From NCBI GenBank assembly GCA_000092065.1, contig CP000581.1: a stretch of 64,000 bases of DNA, one strand, 5' to 3'. A model generated the notes under the pieces. It was not told the DNA's origin and searched no databases. It worked only from the letters and a program-made list of their open reading frames with translations. The stretch comes from Ostreococcus lucimarinus. Taxonomy: Eukaryota. How positions within the stretch are numbered: position 1 is the stretch's first letter; the number at the start of each line of letters is the position of its first letter. The position numbers and the translations under genes were made by a program. Of this stretch, positions 1 to 8,393 are shown one piece after another.

Positions 1-116
1 GTGGTAAGTACTATCCCAACGAAGACATGATCCTACTTCGCGGCGTCGCAGACTTTCTCCTCAACACGGGAGTGATTTTCACAAACGAAACGCGCCCGAA
101 GCGTCCGAATATGTAA
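1..116 (+). CDS. Possible 3'-terminal fragment of a gene entering from the left edge (exon end at 3, intron 4..51, last exon 52..116)
   Basis: Consensus donor GTAAGT at 4-9 and acceptor tcgcag ending at 51. Downstream frame ...DFLLNTGVIFTNETRPKRPNM ends in TAA at 114-116, overlapped by TGTAA at 112-116. Confidence 0.2.
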   Translation, partial: GKYYPNEDMILLRGVADFLLNTGVIFTNETRPKRPNM

Positions 117-235
117 TGCTTTCACCCCAATTTCGCCGCCGTTGACCATCGCGCGATCTCGCGAAATAGTAACGCTTGACCGCGAGAAGGCATCGAATTC
201 TTTCTAGAAAATGTTTGCGTATGTGCGCGTTAAAA

Positions 236-1759
236 TTAAAGCGCGGCTAGGCTATCGATCGCCCAGTTCAAGTAGGCTCTGAATTGACGCGCTGCTGGGT
301 AGCTCATGTCTCGTGGGACACCGATTCGGTCTCGCAGGTAAGCCAACGACGCGATGGTCGGAGCCGCGGAAAAGGACGAGGCGCCGCTCACCGCGACGGG
401 CGCGGGTGCGGCCGCGTCGAAATCATGGTCAAGCATCGCGTGCACGACGATTCGAAGCGCTTCGTCGACAGCAGGTATGTGCTGTTCCCCGGGTCGAGCG
501 TTCGGGTCGGACAACGGCGCCGAGTAAGCGGGCTGGCCCGCTTCGCCGCAACCGCGCGCGGCGAATCGAACGACGTTTTCGCGATTGCCGATGACGCGCA
601 GGGCAGCCTCGACGCGAGCTGCGCGAGGATCATCGACGCCCCACCAAGGTTCTAAACTGTTTTCGTCCAATGGTCCGAGAGGCAAACGCCAATTGACGCC
701 ATCGACGCCGTCGATGGCGTCGCGTGCTTCGGCGTTGTCGCCGTTTTCGGCGCATCCTCCCAGCTGCGGCGGCAAATCGTGCGCGGTGGTGTAGTAATCA
801 CTCTTGATGCCCGCGTACGATTTGCGTTGCGATATCGCGGCGAACCATCTGTCGACGTTCGGCCATCGACCGCCGTTTCCTTCAATCTTCACGCCCTTGT
901 AGTACAAGATGCTCGCCGCCATGCGTTCGAGAAACGGCGCGAACGCGATGTCGACGAGGGTGAACTCTTCTCCCATAAAGTACGCCCCTCCACCGTTCGC
1001 CGCGAGCTCTGCGTCAACCTCGTCCAAAACTTGACAGTACTCGCTTTGCGCCGTGGCGTCCGACCACGAACTCGTGATCCATTGCATCCATCTCGAAAAG
1101 AGCGTTCGTTCCAGTCGCATGAGCTTCGTCGCTCGAGAACCTTCGGCGCTCCCCGGGGCGTACGGTAGCAAGCTCTTGTGCTCGGTAAACTCCTGTTCGA
1201 TCACTTGCGCGATCACGCTCGATTCCGTGATCGTCTGACCGTCGAGTTCAATCACTGGCAGCGCCCCGGACGGCACCTTGGCCGTAAAACTGCGCGGCTT
1301 CGCGCCGTAACAGCGCATGTTGATGCGTTCGAGCGCGTACGGGATCCGCTTCTCCTCCAGCTGCATCCAAATCTTTTGAGAATACGGGCACCACGACGCG
1401 CTGTCGCGATACAATTTCAACCTCGGCGTTCCCTCCGCGTCGAACGTCCGCGTTTCCGCGCGCGCGTCCGCGCGCTCCGCGTCCGTCGTCTCGCGTCTCC
1501 CCTCCGCCGCCGCCTCCAGCTCGCGCCACGTCGCCGTCGCGTCCTCGCGCGCCTCGAACGTCGTTCCTCCCATCGTCGCTCGTCCGTCGTCGTCGCCTTT
1601 CTCGCCGCGCGTCGCTCGTCGCCACGCCGTTCGCGCGCGCGTCCACGCGTCGCGCGCGTCCTTCGCGCTCGCCGTCGCGCGCGTCGCGCGCCGACGTCTC
1701 GCCGCGCGCGCGTTCGTCGACGGCGCGCGCGCGCTCCGCGCCGTCGCCGCGCTCGACAT
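236..1759 (-). CDS. Glutathione S-transferase-like protein with a thioredoxin-fold GST-N domain and an Ala/Arg/Ser-rich N-terminal presequence
   Basis: Translation contains LKLYRDSASWCPYSQKIWMQLEEKRIPY...LPVIELDGQTITESSVI, a GST N-terminal thioredoxin-fold signature, followed by a helical GST-C-like region. Real ATG confirmed at 1757-1759; an alternative start MGGTT lies near 1576. Confidence 0.6.
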   Translation of the reverse strand: MSSAATARSARAPSTNARAARRRRATRATASAKDARDAWTRARTAWRRATRGEKGDDDGRATMGGTTFEAREDATATWRELEAAAEGRRETTDAERADARAETRTFDAEGTPRLKLYRDSASWCPYSQKIWMQLEEKRIPYALERINMRCYGAKPRSFTAKVPSGALPVIELDGQTITESSVIAQVIEQEFTEHKSLLPYAPGSAEGSRATKLMRLERTLFSRWMQWITSSWSDATAQSEYCQVLDEVDAELAANGGGAYFMGEEFTLVDIAFAPFLERMAASILYYKGVKIEGNGGRWPNVDRWFAAISQRKSYAGIKSDYYTTAHDLPPQLGGCAENGDNAEARDAIDGVDGVNWRLPLGPLDENSLEPWWGVDDPRAARVEAALRVIGNRENVVRFAARGCGEAGQPAYSAPLSDPNARPGEQHIPAVDEALRIVVHAMLDHDFDAAAPAPVAVSGASSFSAAPTIASLAYLRDRIGVPRDMSYPAARQFRAYLNWAIDSLAAL

Positions 1760-1853
1760 CCGCGCGCGGCGTCGCGCACTCGCGCGTCGCGCGCGCCGTC
1801 GGCTCGCCAGCGGATAACGCGCAGAGGGACCCTCGACGGGAGAGCGCGACGCG

Positions 1854-2912
1854 ATGATGCGACCGCGAGCGCGCCCTGCCGCGTCTGCGCAGCGCGCGTC
1901 GACGCGCGCGATTGGATCGCGCGCGATTGGATCGCGCGCGATCGGATCGCGAACGACGCGCGCGCGACGCGCGACGCCGACGCGGGCGCTGCGAAACTTT
2001 GACTACCCCGAGGCGCTGCTGTTCGACTGCGACGGCGTGCTGTGCGAGACCGAGCGCGATGGGCACCGGGTGACGTTTAATAAAACGTTCAAAGAGTTCG
2101 GGCTCGATCACGAGTGGGACGTGGCGCTGTACGGGGAGCTGCTGAAGATTGGGGGCGGGAAGGAGCGCATGACGCACTACTTTGACGGCGTCCCGGACGC
2201 GGAGCCGTGGAAGAGCGTCACCGACCCAGAGGCGCGGAAGGAGTTGGTGAAAAAGCTACACCTGAGAAAAACGGAAATGTTCTTGGAGCTCGTGAACGAG
2301 GGCGCGCTGCCGTTGCGACCGGGTGTGAAGAGAATGGTCGCGGAGGCGTTGGAACACGGCGCCAAGGTGGCGGTGTGCTCGACGTCGAACGAAAAGGCGG
2401 TGCAAGGGATCGTGAACACGATGCTGCCTGAATATGCCGATCGTATGCCCGTGTTCGCGGGGGACGTCGTGCCGAAGAAGAAGCCGAGCCCAGATATTTA
2501 CAACTTGGCGGCGAAGACGCTCGGCGTCGATCCGGCGCGATGCGTCGTCGTGGAAGACACCCACATTGGATGCACCGCGGCCAAGGCGGCGGGTATGCGG
2601 TGCTGCGTGACGAAGAGCATTTACAGCGAAGACGAGGATTTCTCTCGCGCCGACGCTGTGTTCGATTGCTTGGGCGACGAAGGCGACGAGCGCGTCAAGT
2701 TTCACCAGTTGACGACTCCCGGTGACTTTTGGTAAGAGAAATCCGCGCCGAAGTTTCACGCACGCCAATTGACACCTTTCTTTTCAAATCACAGGCTCAA
2801 TCCGCCCTTGCCTGTGGACTACGACGGCAACTGGTACAACGCGGACAAGGAAGAGGACCCAGACGACGGGCTGACTCCGGAGGAACGCGCCATCTTAGCC
2901 GACTTGCAGTAG
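1854..2912 (+). CDS. CBBY: CbbY-like HAD-superfamily hydrolase (two exons: 1854..2731 and 2795..2912)
   Basis: HAD motif I in ALLFDCDGVLCETE and similarity to plant CbbY. The ORF stop at 2733-2735 sits inside a GTAAGA donor; splicing to the AG at 2793-2794 restores the frame WLNPPLPVDYDGNWYNADKEEDPDDGLTPEERAILADLQ*. The N-terminus carries a 3x tandem repeat (1906-1950) in a transit-peptide-like region. Confidence 0.75.
2732..2794 (+). other. Spliceosomal intron (63 nt) in the CbbY-like gene
   Basis: Donor G|GTAAGAG, acceptor tcacag|G, phase 2. Removing it replaces the stop with an acidic C-terminal tail. Confidence 0.65.
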
Positions 2913-2942
2913 ATTGAATATTATATTAACAACGCCCACTCA

Positions 2943-4166
2943 CTAAGGCCAAACTATCGGTAACTCTGGATGCTTCGCCACGGCCCCGGGTTTAATATCT
3001 TTGAGCCAGCTATCGTAAGACCACGCGTCTTCGTCGTGCGGCACGCGGCGGAGCTGATCCGTGTCCAATCGTCGAGCGCCGTCGGCGAAGTAGCACACGC
3101 TGAGCGCGTATCGAGGGACGCAATCTTCCGGTTGCGGTGGGCTCCAGTGAAGGCACCACCCGTGGTGTGCGGTAAGGTCACCTAAATCGAGCTCGTCGTA
3201 CGTGTCAATTTCGTACCGCCCTTCGAGATCTTCCATGCCTTCCAAAGTGCGCCAATACGGAAGTGAAAAATCTCGATGCGAACGGTTCGCAAAGTGCAAC
3301 GCGGCGTCATCCTCTTCGAGCGACCTCAGTGGAATCCAAAGTGTGACGAAGTCGTTCGTGTCGAGTGGTACCATATTTAAATCCGAGTGCCAGTTCGTTT
3401 CAGCCATGCCCGGCTCTTTTACGAAAATGCACGATTGGTAAATTCGAGCTCTTTCGCACCCCATGAGTTCGGCGGCGATTTTTGCAAATCGCTTGCTCAT
3501 TATGTACTCACGCGCCGCGCTAGTTTGCTCTCTGTGCAGATTGAACGTTTGTAAAAATCCCACGTCCTCCTGCGAGTGCTTCTTCAGCGCGCGCTTCGCG
3601 TCTTCCACGTCTCGCAACTCGCGAGCGTCGACTTGCGGGCACAGCACCGACACTCGATGTCGGTACGCCTCCATGCGTCGCGACATAATCTCGCCGCTCA
3701 GCGCCTTCACCATAGGTATCATTTCCATAGCGTCCACCGCGCCTCGTATGCACGTGTGCCCCTCTCGCTCGTATCGCAGGCACTCCTCGAGCGTCGTCCC
3801 GCGTCCGCCGTCGTCAAATAACGTCGTCGTCCCGCGTCCACCGTCGTCAAAATTTTTCGTCGACGCATTCGCTGATACCGCTCGCAAATCATCGGAAGCG
3901 CGCACGGCGCGCTCGCGCGACGGTTCACCTTTGCTCGTCGTCGCCTTCGACGACGCCGCGCGCGCGCCGTCGTTCGTTCTTTCACCGCGACCGCCGCCAC
4001 CGTTAGGCGGCGGCTTCGACGTCGACGCGCGTTTTTGTCGTCCTTCCGCGGGCGGCTTGGCCCAATCGGGCGCGTCGCTTCGATTCGAACGTCCACCTCG
4101 GCCGGGGCGAGGCGCGCGACCGCCGCGCCCGGCCGCGGCGACGATGACGATGGCGTGGTGCAGCAT
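2943..4166 (-). CDS. Phytanoyl-CoA dioxygenase (PhyH)-like 2OG-Fe(II) oxygenase
   Basis: HxD motif in ETNWHSDLNMVP plus distal His in LTAHHGWCLHW. The N-terminal region encodes a tandem peptide repeat NFDDGGRGTT(T)LFDDGGRGTT from a ~40-nt DNA repeat at 3779-3860. Confidence 0.6.
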   Translation of the reverse strand: MLHHAIVIVAAAGRGGRAPRPGRGGRSNRSDAPDWAKPPAEGRQKRASTSKPPPNGGGGRGERTNDGARAASSKATTSKGEPSRERAVRASDDLRAVSANASTKNFDDGGRGTTTLFDDGGRGTTLEECLRYEREGHTCIRGAVDAMEMIPMVKALSGEIMSRRMEAYRHRVSVLCPQVDARELRDVEDAKRALKKHSQEDVGFLQTFNLHREQTSAAREYIMSKRFAKIAAELMGCERARIYQSCIFVKEPGMAETNWHSDLNMVPLDTNDFVTLWIPLRSLEEDDAALHFANRSHRDFSLPYWRTLEGMEDLEGRYEIDTYDELDLGDLTAHHGWCLHWSPPQPEDCVPRYALSVCYFADGARRLDTDQLRRVPHDEDAWSYDSWLKDIKPGAVAKHPELPIVWP

Positions 4167-4257
4167 GGAGCGCTTTCCAGGAGTCGACGAGTGACGCGAC
4201 GAGCGCGACGCGATGATGAATCAATCTTCTTCTAACTATTCGAGGCTGGCTATGATG

Positions 4258-6708
4258 CTACACGACGGCCGATGATGGACCGTCCTCTGACATGCTCGAA
4301 TGCAACGACGCGTCGGCGTCTGCGTCGGCGGCAAAAAGCGCGATGGCGGAGCGATTCCAAAACACGCCGCTTTGCGCGTGCACGACGCCCCACACGTACG
4401 GTATTAAAAAGTACGGCGCGTTCACTTCGTCTTCGACGTACGCGAAACGCATGGGGTGGAAATCATGCACGGAACAATCGCGATCGCACGCGTTTTGGTT
4501 TCGCTTTTGCGGACTCGGCGTCAACGACGTCTCCGAAATCACGCGCTTGAGACGTCTGACGGAAATCGGGCTATCAGTCTCACGATTCTGTGCCGATTCG
4601 ACGGCGTCTTTGTAATGCTGCAGCACGGTCTCAATGTTTTGCACGTACTCCGCGAACACCTCGTGCGTTCGATACGTCGTGAGCAATTCTTCGCGGTGCA
4701 TGAGCGCGTAGACAATCTCCGGGTTGTGTTCGAGTGAATCGAGATCGGTGGCGAGACAGTTTAGTATCTCGAAAATGACCCGAATAAAGTCCTCGCACAC
4801 GTCCGCGTCGGAAAAGGGCTCGCGTAAACCATCGCTAGACAAAGCATTTTCGCGAGTGATTTTGAAGTACCTGCGCGTGAACAACGCCAGAGTATTCACC
4901 AGGCGTTGCGCCGCGTAACCAGAAATGTCGCGCGTGACGCATGCCATGTTGGCGATGCTGCCGAGTGCGTTCAACATTTTTGAAACTGTGGCAGTTTTTG
5001 CGACGTTGTACTTTATCGTGCGTGAAAGGACGACAACTATTAAACTTGCGAGCGAACTGTTTTGTAGGATGCGTTCCTTGTACCAATTTGACGACGCGAT
5101 CGTCTCCGTCTGCATCATCCTGTTGAACCGCACGTCCTGAGACAGGATCAAAAATATCGTGACAATCAACTGCGACACGTGTGCAAGTTTGTTTGATTCC
5201 GCTTCGTACAGCTCTTTGAGTAGCCCTTGTACAAACCTCGACGTCGCCGCACTCGAGCTCAAATGTGAAACGAACCGTGAGTTTGTGGATAGCGTCACGT
5301 ACGAAAGCAACAAGCCGACGTCGGTACACAAGGATGCGCTCAGAGCAACAGCGAGCCGCTCAAAGTCCACCAACTCCGAGGGTCTTTTGTTCGACGCCAC
5401 GGACGAACGCGACGAGATGTCCTTCATATTTTTTACCGCAATGCGAAACGGATTCTCGTCGCGGTTGCCGAAAGCGCCGTGCGTACACAACGCCAGGAAT
5501 AAATTTGCGCACTCGTCCGCGAGAGGAGATCGAGAAGTGTGCGCGCACTTGATGACGACGTGAGACCCCGTATTATCGGTGACGTCTTTGTTCGGCTTAC
5601 TGCGCATGGAAAGCATCGAACTTAGCACGCTCGCCATGCCGCGCGTGATTCCATTAGCTTCGGCGTTCTCTCTGTTGACCGCGCCTTCGTAAATATCACC
5701 GATGTTTGGTGGTCGCTCGATGACGCGACGCAACAGCGCGCACATCAGCACGCCCGTGCGCCTGCTGTCGCTTGAACCGATCGCCGCGATCCTGCGAGCG
5801 AGTGGATGCCCGATTTCTCTCGCCTCGGCGTCGTCGAGATTGAACGTGAGTTGCGACGACGTCGCGACGAGCAAAAGCCGCGCGCACGCAACATGCAACG
5901 CCATCGCCTGCGCTGTGACGTGTTTGCCGCATAGAACATCTACACACGCTCGCAGTAAGTCGTCAAACGGCGAAGTGTTCTCCAAAGACGCGTTCGGTCC
6001 TCCGCCGGTTTCCCAGCGCTCGTCTCGCGCAAACGTAGCGGCGAGCGCGCGCACTCGCTCGCTGCGCCCACCCCCGAGCGCGGCGACGCCACCAAATCCG
6101 CCATCACCCTCACTCGCGAATTCGATGAAATACTTGATGAATATCGACACCAACAAGGTGACGTTTATCGCGCTCACCGGCGTCGAGCGCGCGTTTCCGC
6201 TCGCCACGCTCAGTTGCCTCGCCGCGTGTTTCGCCAACTTATACAACCCACCATTTCGCGCGTTATTCACGAACAACGCCCGTCCATACGGCCGCAGTAT
6301 TTCATCTAGCGTCCTCTCGCTCACCGACGTCATCGGTTCACTCACCGCGTTCCCTATCTCGTACCAAAACACATCCGTAATCTCCGGCGTCGCGTCTCGC
6401 GTCTCGCACATCGCCTTTAGACTCCGTCGGAGTTCCCCGTACGTCCCGCTCACCGACGCCGTGGACGCGCGCGTCGTCGCGCGCGTCGTCGATCGGCCTC
6501 CCTCTCGTTCGCGTCTCGTCGCCGACGTCGTCGTCGTCGTCGTCGTCGTCGTCGCATCTTCCGCGCGTCGCGCACGATGATGTCTGCCACCTCGGTCGTT
6601 GTCGTTCGCGCGTTCGCGCGCGTCCGCCGCGTCGTCCGTCGCGTCGAGCGTCTCCCATTGATCGCCCTCGTCGTCGCCGCGCGTCGGCGTCGACGCCGCG
6701 CTCCCCAT
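4258..6708 (-). CDS. DYM: Dymeclin homolog
   Basis: Several blocks align to metazoan dymeclin: NWYKERILQNSSLASLIVVVLSRTIKYN, LEHNPEIVYALMHREELLTTYRTHEVF and the C-terminal YFLIPYVWGVVHAQSGVFWN. Start placed at MGSAAS (6708), giving the myristoylation-type MG start typical of dymeclin; the ORF track starts 12 codons earlier. Confidence 0.8.
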   Translation of the reverse strand: MGSAASTPTRGDDEGDQWETLDATDDAADARERANDNDRGGRHHRARRAEDATTTTTTTTTSATRREREGGRSTTRATTRASTASVSGTYGELRRSLKAMCETRDATPEITDVFWYEIGNAVSEPMTSVSERTLDEILRPYGRALFVNNARNGGLYKLAKHAARQLSVASGNARSTPVSAINVTLLVSIFIKYFIEFASEGDGGFGGVAALGGGRSERVRALAATFARDERWETGGGPNASLENTSPFDDLLRACVDVLCGKHVTAQAMALHVACARLLLVATSSQLTFNLDDAEAREIGHPLARRIAAIGSSDSRRTGVLMCALLRRVIERPPNIGDIYEGAVNRENAEANGITRGMASVLSSMLSMRSKPNKDVTDNTGSHVVIKCAHTSRSPLADECANLFLALCTHGAFGNRDENPFRIAVKNMKDISSRSSVASNKRPSELVDFERLAVALSASLCTDVGLLLSYVTLSTNSRFVSHLSSSAATSRFVQGLLKELYEAESNKLAHVSQLIVTIFLILSQDVRFNRMMQTETIASSNWYKERILQNSSLASLIVVVLSRTIKYNVAKTATVSKMLNALGSIANMACVTRDISGYAAQRLVNTLALFTRRYFKITRENALSSDGLREPFSDADVCEDFIRVIFEILNCLATDLDSLEHNPEIVYALMHREELLTTYRTHEVFAEYVQNIETVLQHYKDAVESAQNRETDSPISVRRLKRVISETSLTPSPQKRNQNACDRDCSVHDFHPMRFAYVEDEVNAPYFLIPYVWGVVHAQSGVFWNRSAIALFAADADADASLHSSMSEDGPSSAVV

Positions 6709-6744
6709 GACGCGCGTCGCTCTGCGGCGTCGGGCGACGACCAC

Positions 6745-6928
6745 GCGTCGCGCGGCGCTACACGTCGACGCGCGCGCGCGAACGCGCGAACGCGACGCGA
6801 CGCGTCGAGCGTCGACGCGACGCGCGCGCGCGAATCGTGCGCGCGCGCGGTACGGCGCGAGAGACGCGCTCGAACGCGCCGTCGCGCGCGTTTAAAAATT
6901 TGCAAATTTGCAGCGCGCGCGAAAGCCG
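6745..6928. promoter_or_regulatory. Bidirectional promoter between dymeclin (-) and the HNH-like gene (+), containing an AT-rich element TTTAAAAATTTGCAAATTTGCA flanked by GCGCGCG arms
   Basis: An AT-rich island at 6888..6916 sits in otherwise >70% GC sequence. The element contains a tandem AATTTGCA x2. Confidence 0.3.
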
Positions 6929-7795
6929 ATGACTGCGCCGCGCGATGACGCGGCGAACGCGATGCGAGACACGGTGATGGCGACGGTGTCGTCATCGGTG
7001 ACGTTCGCGCTGTCCGCGATCGCGACGCAGAGGATCGGGCTGATTTTAAACGTCGGGTGTTACGGCGGCGCGCTCGGCGGCGCGCTGAGCGCGGCGTGCG
7101 CGAGCGCGAGCGCGGCGGCGAGCGGACACGCGGCGAGAGAGACGGTGAATTTATATAGCGATGATAAAAGTCGGCGAGGCAAAAGATGCTCGAAATCTCG
7201 GCGACGGTCGAGTTGGAACGCGGCGATGGGGGTGGACGAGGACGAAGTCGCGCGAGACGTCGGCGTCGGGCTCGCGACGTTTATGGCGCTGAGTCGAGGC
7301 AATTTGGGAAGGATTTTACCGAGCGACGTCTCTCGCGTGGGCGCGAACGCGTACAAGAGTATCGCCGCGCGTGGCAGCGATTACGCGAGCGAAGGACAGA
7401 AAAAAACGCTGCAAAAGTGGTTTAAAAAATTTGGCTGTCATCACTGCGGAAGCTCGAAAGGCAAGGTCATCGGCGACCACATGCCGCCGAACAAGACCGC
7501 GTTCGGTAGCGGGGCGCGCGCGGCGGCGAATCGAGGCGCGTCCACGACCAGACGCGTGTTCAACTTCATTCGCGGCGTGCCTTTGCAGCGTTTCTATCCT
7601 CAATGTGAGTCGTGCTCGGCGTTACAGAGCATCGCCGTGCGCACCGGCGCGACGAAACTCGTCTCGCACGCCGTCGGCGTTAGGTACGCCGTCTTCGCCG
7701 GCGCCGCCGTCGGCGTCTCGACGTTGCACTTCGGGACAATCAAAACCTGGGTGGACGATAAAGTTAAGCGCATCAACGGCGTCGTGCGCGCGTGA
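6929..7795 (+). CDS. Hypothetical membrane protein with an HNH-nuclease-like Cys/His motif
   Basis: The ORF in the track begins with TTG at 6908; the first ATG is at 6929. Hydrophobic N-terminal segments are followed by FGCHHCGSSKGKVIGDHMPPNK ... YPQCESCSALQ (CxxC...DH..P...CxxC), as in HNH zinc-finger nucleases. Confidence 0.4.
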   Translation: MTAPRDDAANAMRDTVMATVSSSVTFALSAIATQRIGLILNVGCYGGALGGALSAACASASAAASGHAARETVNLYSDDKSRRGKRCSKSRRRSSWNAAMGVDEDEVARDVGVGLATFMALSRGNLGRILPSDVSRVGANAYKSIAARGSDYASEGQKKTLQKWFKKFGCHHCGSSKGKVIGDHMPPNKTAFGSGARAAANRGASTTRRVFNFIRGVPLQRFYPQCESCSALQSIAVRTGATKLVSHAVGVRYAVFAGAAVGVSTLHFGTIKTWVDDKVKRINGVVRA

Positions 7796-7970
7796 GCCGC
7801 GGACGAACGCCGATAGTATTGGTCATAGCAAATCATAGGTCACCAGCCGCCGGCGCCCTTCGCCGCTCTCGCCGCACTCTCGCGCGTCTCGCGGTCCCGA
7901 GCGTCGCGCGCGACATCGAGACGCGAGAAACGCGCGCGAAGGACGCGTTCGCGGCGATCGCGCGCGCGTC

Positions 7971-8225
7971 ATGGTCGCTCCGGGATGGCAAAACAAGAAG
8001 AAGAAAACCTTGAAGGCGCGCGACAGCAAAAACTCGAAGGCGCTGAAATTGAAACGAGGGACGAAAGCCAAACACGACGCGATGAAGAAGCGCGTGAGCG
8101 GTAAAGCGCGGACGGGGAAAGCGGCGAGGCACGCGCTGCGGAACGAACGGCGCGCGGCGAGAAACGCGATAGATGATGCGGCGAAGAAGGCGAGCATGGA
8201 GAACCAAGACGTCGTGATGAAGTAG
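7971..8225 (+). CDS. Small lysine-rich basic protein (hypothetical)
   Basis: Real ATG at 7971. AAG-biased Lys codons consistent with coding. TGTAA at 8266-8270, 41 nt past the stop. Confidence 0.35.
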   Translation: MVAPGWQNKKKKTLKARDSKNSKALKLKRGTKAKHDAMKKRVSGKARTGKAARHALRNERRAARNAIDDAAKKASMENQDVVMK

Positions 8226-8393
8226 ACCGCAGACCGAGTCGCGTCCGCGAGGGAGCGTCGGAGATTGTAATAGTACGTATTTGAAGAGAAATTAATTAAA
8301 TCACGTTCGTGTGTTTGAATGTGCGAGTCAAATCGAAAACCGCGCGCTGCTATCTAGAACGTCTTCGACGAACGGAAAAACAACGGCGCTCTG

